From positions 10,540,001 to 10,604,000 of the forward strand of contig CM120646.1 of NCBI GenBank assembly GCA_051362555.1: a stretch of 64,000 nucleotides of DNA, given 5' to 3'. Source of the stretch: Lingula anatina. Taxonomy: Eukaryota > Animalia > Brachiopoda. Below are positions 1 through 8,200 of the stretch, in pieces (within the stretch, counting starts at the first letter, position 1; each line of letters opens with the position of its first letter). A program made the position numbers and the translations under genes. The notes below the pieces were generated by a model. It had not been told where the DNA came from. It ran no database searches and worked only from the letters and a program-made list of their open reading frames with translations.

Positions 1-124
1 CTCTCTTGTTTTGCTGTTTATCTTGTATATCCAAATATACACTCAAGCCAAATACTACAATTGTAGCATGCCATACATATTCATGTGTTAGCACTCCTAT
101 ATAAGTTCTTTGATTTGTACTTAC

Positions 125-1430
125 CCTTGTGTTTTATAATGTATTTATAATTTTGCTAGATGTCAAACAGGATTCTCTCAAAGTTGCTTATACTACATTC
201 CTAACAGAAGGGGCTTCAATACGCAAAAGATGTCATATTACTGGATCTATCAGAAAATGTGTAGAGAGAAAGAAGATCTGAATTAATATATGAATTACAT
301 TTAAGTGGGCAACGCACTGTATGACAGCTGCATACGAAACCATTGTCTGATTTACATCTAGAGACAGATCTAAAAGGAGACGGAACAACCCCTCAGGAAG
401 AAAATCATCCCTAAGGTAGCACATTTCAAGTTTTTCAATCATTACTGGGAAGGAAGACCTGGGCTCAGACAGATAAATGATCTTTTCCATCATTGCTACC
501 CCTTGCCTCGGGTTTCAGCCTTACATGCTACACAGGTAAGGCCTCATAACACCCTGTGTTAGAAACTCTCATGACTATTTCACTTATAAATGGAACCAAT
601 AAGCGCAAACACTACTGCATAGCTGGAATAAAAAGAATAAAACAATATCATTCTGGTTCGTGAACCAATACAACATGCTGGGGTAGCGCTAACACTCGCC
701 AATTTAGCCAAATGCTAAAACTGATTTAAATTGGCTAAAGAAAAAGGGCCTGATTTGACTTGTTTTAGTCAAATTATAACCATTTTTATTACAAATTGAC
801 AAAAAAGTGGTGATTTGGCTAAGCCAAAAAAATTGCTAGCGCTACCCCAGAACATGAATTTACTTGTGAGTGATATGCTTCAAACTGTGACAGAGGACAC
901 ACAGTTAACCCAGGATGTAGATATTTGTAGCCACAAGAGTTTGTAACACATGGTGTTATGAGGCCTTAATCACCTGCATAGCATGTACTTTAAGGCCAAA
1001 AAGTGAGGCAATCCTCACCCTCGTTGTCTGGTAATCTTAGACACAACAAGTGTTCGTAATCTAAATAAGGAAAAACGTCATTACTTGTTTTCTCATTTGT
1101 CCTGCACGTGTGCAAAAAGTTACTCTGTGCTTGCTGAAATAATAGAAATGAGCCTTTTTTTACAGGTACCGGTAAATTACCGTGTGCTTGGCGCGTGGGA
1201 TTAAAATACTACATTGTAGCACTAGCAGGACAAGAGAAAAGTTTAGTATGTTCAAATGTCACGTTTTTGAAAATAAATTGGGGAACACTTAATCAGTTAG
1301 ACTCAAAATAGTATCTTTTAAGACGTGCAAGTGTAATTCTTCACAAAAACCTAATAATTTTCGTTTCATTTAACAAATTCTTACCTGTTTACGTTTTGTT
1401 TGGGACGGTCACCACGTATAATTCGGGACT
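125..1430 (-). other. Possible divergent spliced transcript (non-coding 5' exons) sharing the NACA promoter
   Basis: Minus-strand donor CAG|GTAA at 1385/1384 next to the NACA promoter. Candidate exon ~125-246 ending AAGG|GTAAGT. No convincing ORF. Confidence 0.3.
678..850. mobile_element. 173-bp MITE with 14-bp TIRs
   Basis: CTGGGGTAGCGCTA at 678-691 and its exact reverse complement at 837-850. Flanking AACATG direct repeat at 672-677 and 851-856. Confidence 0.75.
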
Positions 1431-1520
1431 TCTGTTGTGAAGAACTACAGGAACCTGCATGACGTCACATCCTATCGGTCGCCATCGTTGAGAAAGGCAA
1501 GAAAGACTTAAATCACACAA
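1400..1520 (+). promoter_or_regulatory. NACA: Putative NACA promoter and non-coding exon 1
   Basis: Locally CpG-rich. CRE TGACGTCA at 1460-1467, YY1-like CGCCATC at 1480-1486, strong donor AA|GTAAGT at 1520/1521. The first coding exon at 13281 has an acceptor 1 nt before the ATG, so a non-coding exon 1 is required. Confidence 0.6.
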
Positions 1521-1853
1521 GTAAGTACATCTGTCATCATCGTATCTGTTTCATTGCCAGGATTGATTTCAACGTAACAGTTATGTCGATAGAAGACATG
1601 TGATTGTATTTTTCGAAGTTTTCATACAAGATTAGGGTGTTTTATGTGTAAAAAATGTCTCCAAATTGAAGGCATGACATCTAAACATGCAGGTACATGT
1701 TTACTAATAGTTTTGAGCGGCAACTTGAGCTTTAATCACGAAGAGCCCATGATACGTATTTGCCTTGGCATTCCTTTAAGCTTAAAGCTGTAGTTATTTT
1801 ATGATTGGTGTTTTAATACTGATTTTACGCTAGATCACATAACATATCTAATA

Positions 1854-2132
1854 TAAAGTATTCACTGTGTCTACTTACTGAATTGGTGAGTGATCGCTGT
1901 CTATTGTTATGCTCTTTGATAGAATTGTAGATGGATCGTCAATCTAGACACGTCCGGTACGGAGTGCAGAATATTAGACAATGATCTGTGACCGTTGTGA
2001 TGTCACAATAGTGACGATCTCCTGCAGGGGGCGTGCTGTCCCCACCTGGCCTAGCTCACTCACCTGAGGTGGCCTATCTTGGCACATGAAGAGCAGACCA
2101 GGTGGAGGAAGGAAAAAACTCCGATCACAACA
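1854..2132 (-). repeat. 3' LTR (279 bp, TG...TA termini in element sense)
   Basis: Base-for-base match by eye to 12464-12742; preceded in element sense by the PPT. Confidence 0.95.
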
Positions 2133-2149
2133 TTCCCCCCACTTTTATT
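2133..2149 (-). other. Polypurine tract
   Basis: Element-sense AATAAAAGTGGGGGGAA directly abutting the TG of the 3' LTR. Confidence 0.85.
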
Positions 2150-2231
2150 AAAAAGAGCCGAAAAAGGTAAAGTTTTTTTCCCAGTAATAGCAATACATGT
2201 TTAAACATGTAAAAATATTTTTCAATAACAA

Positions 2232-2397
2232 TGGCTTCCAGCCTCGATCAGACTGACGTTAATGTTAACGACATCACCGAAGTGATAGTCTGACGAGAAA
2301 AAATATAGGATTAAACTGTGACAACTGTTGATTCAGCAGTTAGTCACATCACTGATACAGTGATAGTCTATCCACAAAAATAAATACTGGAAAGCCA
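2232..2397 (-). ncRNA. Structured RNA element in retrotransposon 3' UTR: two tandem three-way junctions inside an outer stem
   Basis: Outer stem UGGCUUUCCAG/CUGGAAGCCA. Two modules share AGACU-AUCAC...GUGAU-G...C-AGUYU. One has a C(UUCG)G tetraloop. Confidence 0.6.
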
Positions 2398-2910
2398 AAA
2401 AATGAAATCAAAAATTTGGGGACATTCCTAGGATTTGGCGGAAGATCAGAATACTAAATAAATAATAAAATGGAAATAAATAAACACTTGTGCTGGTGCA
2501 CTGTACCTAGTACAGAGTAATAAACTGTGCTGCGGTGCTGTATTGCGTCCTGCAATATAGTGCTTCTGAAATACACATATTTGTGTACATAACTTGACAA
2601 GTGATAGATATATATAAGTGCTACAGGTGCCATTGTGCTCTTGTGCATCATTGTATCTGTAAATGATATATAAATAAATAATGAATGATAATCAAATAAA
2701 GAAATGAATAAGGTGAAAATGGGCCCACTGATGGTAACTTTCATAGCTCCGATGATCTCCCGGATCAGGAAGAGGAGAGGGGCTTCAGTGAAATTTGAAT
2801 TTAGTAAGTACTAAGAAGAAATAGTTTTCATAATTTTCTAGAAATTTTTAAATTGTTCAAAAAAGAAGTAATTTTGTCATATTTTCAATTTTTGTTTTCC
2901 AAATTCCTGG

Positions 2911-5202
2911 TTACTCCCTTTTATACAAGGAAGTACCATTTTGTGTAGTGATTTTTAAAATATGAGAGACATCCACCCCTCTGTGCCCCGCCAATATCTC
3001 TGCCGTTTCATAGAGAATAAAGGGTGTTGAATGGCCCCCCTTTTTGCGAGCAAAATAGGGGGCATCTGACTCCAAAAGAAGTTTGGAGTCAGGCACCGCC
3101 CTAAGTGCTGCTAGTTGATTTTTGTTAAAGGTGGCAGCAACCCGGGTGAAACCGAAAAAGGTATTTGGTTGCTGCCTTCCCCAAATTTCGAGAAGGGCCT
3201 TAGTGCCTGTAAAGCAGTGAAAATGGATCCTCTGGGACTGCGGAACGCCACACAGTTTCAGATGAAACAAAAGAGATCTTATGGCGAACTCACAGTCTCC
3301 AGAGTCTCCCCTCACTCCCCTACAGTGCACAACCAGGACATGCCTGGCCTCTAGAAAAGGCAGAAGTCTGTGGAGCAACTCAACCTGATCCTGCCATTTA
3401 GACATGGCTTCAGTGTGGTCGAAACCTACCTCGCCAAAAGCTGTTACTAGCGGCATCTTAACCAACTCTGAGAAAGCCTTAATTGCCTGGTCCAGATTGC
3501 CCTGAGAAAGCTTGCCGGCTAGCCTCGGGTGAAAACCAATAGCTACACACTCGATCCCAGACAGAGTGGAAAGATACCCCTTAGTAGGATATGTCTTGGG
3601 ATCGCAGTAAATAGCTACAGTTCCCACCAACTCTACCTCTTTCCCAGAGCAAACAGGAAGCAAACCCTTAAGACCCTCTAACTTGCCAGAGTATGGAAGA
3701 CCAAAGGCAGCCAGGGTTCTATCTAGATGATAGTGACTATCGAAAGCTTGCCTCCCTGACTTACTTTGTTCCCCCGCCTCCAGACAAGTTTCTGGCCTGG
3801 TGAACCCTTGAATCCACAACGACCTCTGCTGCTCCGTTATAGAAGCAGACAGCTGTGTCAGGACTCTCCAATCCACCAGGACCCCGACAGAGTTAGCTGG
3901 GTATAAGGTGAAACGCACTGGGACCGGTTTATTGAGAAATTTACAGAAATTTTCCATGGCAGTAATTTGGATTGAAGAAAAAGTGCCATGGGCTAAATTT
4001 AATTTATCTGGAAGAGCCGAAATGAACTGGTATAAAGTGTCCAGTTCTTTTTTAAAACCAAAAATGAAGAAAGTAAGCATCTCCAGTGCTTTAACCATTA
4101 CACCCAAGATGTTGGGCTCAGGATTGGCGCGCTCATCAAAGATAGACGGGACATGCAGCCCCAGCGAATGCTGCCTGAGCATCTGCTCATTAAGTTTCAC
4201 CCCACACCCAGGGACCACACATTGCATCTCGGAGTGATCTTTCCTGGCCCTTTTGGGGTCAGGTCCAACCACTCCGGATGGTGTTTGGCTAGACCTTTTC
4301 GGTTCCCTGATTGTAGGATGAGACAGCTCCGCTGACTCAACATGCCCATCCACCCCAGACTTTGCAGCAACCAACCCCTTGCCAGGTTTCTTACCACGCC
4401 TCCACCAAGGAGCTCTCTTCTTCCCCTTACGCTTACTGCCCCCCATGGGCTCAGATGGTACAGGCCCAGGAACAGGAACTTGGATCCCTGTTGGAGCAGC
4501 AGCTTCAGGGAGGTGTGAACCTGAAGAAGAGGAGATAGAAAAGTTGAAAGGGATGGCGGTATTTTGCAGCAGTGATGCGCCTGGCTTAGAAGCTTCCGGA
4601 GCAGCTGGAGGTTTCACGCTGGTTTCGGCATCCCTTGGGACTCCAAGAAGTCTGTCCTCCTCAATGGAGTCCAGACTGGAGTTGGGGTCGATGTTACTTG
4701 ACCCCACACCAAGTTCAGCCTCAACCAATTGCGATTCCACCTCCATAGGCTGGACCGAGCCACTCCCATCGACCACCTGGGAAATGAGTGTTATGTTTGG
4801 GTCCTTCCCAAGCCTGAAATCACGAGTTTTTTGTCCATCGTACTCCACGGAGGGAGCAGATTTCAAAACCCGTGCAGGAGGGGTGAAATTTTTGGGAAGG
4901 CGCCAAACATTCTTCTCAATCCAGTTTTTAGACGCAAGCCCACTAGATTGTAGTTGGTAGGCCACTTGCTGCAACCATGCCAGAGACATGGCATACCTAC
5001 CGGGAGCACGAAGCTCCTTTTTATAAATGGTAGCCATCCCAGCCACCAGTGTTTTGAAGTAGCTGCTGTGATCTTCCCCAGGCAGAGCCTGGGCCAAATC
5101 CTGGACAAACTGGGTTCCAGGGACATCTATAGGTGAACAATGCTGTAATCTGAGTGAAGTCTCCTTCACAACAGGTGCTACTTCCGTGATAGTATTGGCC
5201 AT
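2911..5202 (-). CDS. Retrotransposon ORF3: basic/disordered N-terminal region, C2H2 zinc finger, C-terminal TatD-family nuclease (TATDN2-like)
   Basis: TatD motifs DSHYHLD, YCDP, IGFHP, AFGEVGFD, VVHCR, IHFHCFTG and LLESDAPYF in order (~2911-3750). Zinc finger CVVPGC-x11-HSLGLH. Basic patches KRKGKKR and PKRARK. Confidence 0.88.
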   Translation of the reverse strand: MANTITEVAPVVKETSLRLQHCSPIDVPGTQFVQDLAQALPGEDHSSYFKTLVAGMATIYKKELRAPGRYAMSLAWLQQVAYQLQSSGLASKNWIEKNVWRLPKNFTPPARVLKSAPSVEYDGQKTRDFRLGKDPNITLISQVVDGSGSVQPMEVESQLVEAELGVGSSNIDPNSSLDSIEEDRLLGVPRDAETSVKPPAAPEASKPGASLLQNTAIPFNFSISSSSGSHLPEAAAPTGIQVPVPGPVPSEPMGGSKRKGKKRAPWWRRGKKPGKGLVAAKSGVDGHVESAELSHPTIREPKRSSQTPSGVVGPDPKRARKDHSEMQCVVPGCGVKLNEQMLRQHSLGLHVPSIFDERANPEPNILGVMVKALEMLTFFIFGFKKELDTLYQFISALPDKLNLAHGTFSSIQITAMENFCKFLNKPVPVRFTLYPANSVGVLVDWRVLTQLSASITEQQRSLWIQGFTRPETCLEAGEQSKSGRQAFDSHYHLDRTLAAFGLPYSGKLEGLKGLLPVCSGKEVELVGTVAIYCDPKTYPTKGYLSTLSGIECVAIGFHPRLAGKLSQGNLDQAIKAFSELVKMPLVTAFGEVGFDHTEAMSKWQDQVELLHRLLPFLEARHVLVVHCRGVRGDSGDCEFAIRSLLFHLKLCGVPQSQRIHFHCFTGTKALLEIWGRQQPNTFFGFTRVAATFNKNQLAALRAVPDSKLLLESDAPYFARKKGGHSTPFILYETAEILAGHRGVDVSHILKITTQNGTSLYKRE

Positions 5203-5229
5203 ATCTGTAATAACAATGAAAAATAATTA

Positions 5230-8200
5230 TTAGATTTGACATTTTACACACTTGTATTTATCAATGTTTATCGCTTCGGTAGAAGTGACATTGACGCAGG
5301 ATCCATGATACCATTCATGACAGTAATCACATTGAATCATGAATCTGCCCTGATAAGGCTCCCTGCAAATACAGTATGGTGTCAAATCTTCTTCCTCAAT
5401 GTTACTCGAGTGCTGAAATTGTTCATCAGAAGCTAAATATTCTGTAATCCATGAGGGTACATTTCTGTCCCTACAGGGCATGAGCCTGTCATGGTTAATT
5501 ACAAAGATTGCATTTTTTAGCTTCACTCGATACAGATAGCCAGATAATTTCTTTACAATGATGGCGGGTCCTTTCCATGGTGAACACAATTTTCGTGATT
5601 TGCCTTTAGTTGTTGCTGTATCCAAAACATAAACCAAATCCTTTTCAGCATAAGGTCTAAGCAGGATTTTAAGGTCATAGTCACGTTTCATGCGTTTTGA
5701 AGTTGTTTTTAAATTGGCTCTTGCTGTAATATGAGCTAATTTCATTTTTTGTACTAACTTTGAAATGTATTCACCATAGTCAGTTTCTTTTGATTTCAGA
5801 TTTGGGAACATAATTTGGGCTGGAGTACTGACCTCCCTCCCAAGCATGAGCATATTAGGGGTATACCCCGTACTTCTGTTTACAGAAGCACGCAACGCGC
5901 CTGCAATTTGCTGGACATATTTATCCCATTCACCCTGATTTTTACCCAAAAAACACCGTACGGCATCCATCAGGGTACGATTGAACCTTTCAACCTGTCC
6001 ATTTGCAGACGGTCGGTACGGAGTAGTGCGTGATTTGTGTATATGTAAAGCTCTACACAAATCTCCAAACAATTGACTTTCAAAATTCCGTCCCTGATCA
6101 GAAAAAAGTTGATAGGGATAACCGAACCTAGAAAAGAAACAGTCAATTGCTGCTTTCGCGGTCACTTCGGCCGTTTGAGAAGGCAACGGTACGCACTCTA
6201 CCCACTTTGTGAATTGATCAACCATGACCAAACAAAGCTCATTACCTTTTGCTGTTTTAGGTAGCGGTCCCAAGAAATCAATATGAACCCGTTCCATCGG
6301 AGCACCTGCAACATATTCAGTCAGGGGGACTCTTCCGTAACACCCTTTTTTCTTATTTTTATTACAGATGTCACAACTCAGGACATAATTGGCTATTTCT
6401 TTGCTCATATGGGGCCAGTAAAATTTTTCTTTGATTTTTGTTTTTGTTCTAGCCACTCCTTGGTGACCAGCTGAAGGGATATCATGATGTAATTTGAAAA
6501 CAGAATTTTTTAATGATTCTGGAATGACTAATTTTAAATCTTTGCTTTCCTCTTCAGTTTTGAAAATGACTCCATGATGTAATTTGAATAATTCTTTATT
6601 CAGCCAGTAAGTTTTGGAGATTGGGCTTGATCGGAAGAGTACACCCTGTTCTGGGGTATTCCCATTGTATAACCACTCTCGTAAAATGTTAAGCTCAGGG
6701 TCTTTTGCTTGTTCAGTTTTTAATTTTTCCATAGAAAAACCCCAACACTGAGGAATATCCGGGTTTGGATTTGACCTCGCCTCCGGACCACACGCATTAA
6801 TTTCTACATGAGATTCCTCAGGTTGCAGAGCGACATCGGTAGAGAGGGCTACAATTTTTTCTAGGAGACAGTAGAAAAGATGTTCCGGACCCGTTTCTCG
6901 TCCCAGATTGACTGTATTTAATGAGGATGTTAGATCGCGTTGACTTTTTGTAGATTTACCAGTAAATTTGGATGACAATTTTTTCTTTTCTGTTAAATTG
7001 ACCGCTTCGTCGACGTCACCGAAAAAACTCCCCCAGTTTTCATGGGCTCTGACGCAATAACTACATCCTCCGCAAGGTAAATTTTCCGGCTTTATTCCCG
7101 CTATATACTCGTTACACGGTGCCAAATTGTCGGGTATTCTAGACAACGAATCAGCATTGCTATGCTTAGCTCCGGCACGATGTTGTACGATCATATTGAA
7201 TTGCGAAAGCTCTTCTATCCACCTCGCGAGTTGACCTTGAGGCTCCTTAAACCTCAGTAACCACGTCAGACTTGAATGATCGGTTCGAACGGTAAATATT
7301 CGGCCCAAAAGATAATACCTGAATTGTCTGGTAAATCTCACGATAGCCAAAAGCTCTTTTCGCGTGGTGCAATAATTCTTTTGTTCGGGAGTTAACGCGT
7401 AGCTGCCGTACGCAATTACTTTCTCCTCGCCGTTTTGCACTTGTATTAACTCTGCACCAATCGAGTGATTTGAAGCGTCGGTATCTAAAATAAACGGATC
7501 GTTTGCGTTTGGTAACGATAAGACTGGTGGTGTAGTCAATGCCGTTTTGAGCGCTTCGAAAGATTGAGCTTGATCTGGTCCCCATTCAAAGGCATGTTTA
7601 CCTTTAATTTTGCTCAGAGGATGGGATATTTCCGCAAAATTTTTTATAAAAGTCCGGTGATAATTTGCCAATCCTAAGAACCTTTCAACGTCCTTAGAAC
7701 AAGTGGGTTGTGGCCAAGAAGTTACAACTTCAATATCCTTAGGGCTCATTTTCATGGTGTTATTAGAAACAATCCGCCCCAGGAATTCAACTTCTTTTTG
7801 AAACAAAACGCACTTTTTTGGCTTTAATTTGATACCGAACTGGCGAAATCTTCCCAAAGCCTCTTTCAAATTTTCTAAATGATTTTCAAAGGACTTCCCC
7901 ATTACCAAAATGTCGTCCAAAAATGCCAAAACTGTTTTCCATGTCAACCCCTTCATAAGTAAATTGACTACTCGGGAGAAAGTCGCAGGAGCATTGGTCA
8001 AGCCGAAACCCATACGGACATGTTCGAATAATCCGTATTTCGTGATAAAAGCTGTTTTATGCCTATCTTCGGGTTTAATTTTGACTTGCCAATACGCAGA
8101 ATTGGCATCTAACTTCGAAAACCAGATGTTTCCCGACAGAGTATCTTTGCAATCTTCCATTAATGGTAATGGATACGTGTCTTTGACCGTGACATTGTTC

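Noticed and set aside
233-493. 86-aa minus-strand ORF and a possible C/D snoRNA (ATGATGG...CTGA) in it
   Set aside because: No recognisable motif, the C box is imperfect, there is no terminal stem and no second copy.
2290-2300. CTGACGA...GAAA as a hammerhead ribozyme core
   Set aside because: No stem II between CUGANGA and GAAA, and it lies on the antisense strand; better explained as part of the three-way junction.
2454-2744. 96-aa hydrophobic ORF in the element's 3' region as a possible env remnant or ORF4
   Set aside because: Hydrophobicity follows from the T-rich strand. No signal peptide, furin site or Cys pattern; the region looks like structured UTR.
7910-7925. FLDD instead of YxDD in RT as a sign of inactivation
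   Set aside because: Both catalytic Asp residues are intact, F at this position occurs in other retroelement RTs, and identical LTRs show recent activity.
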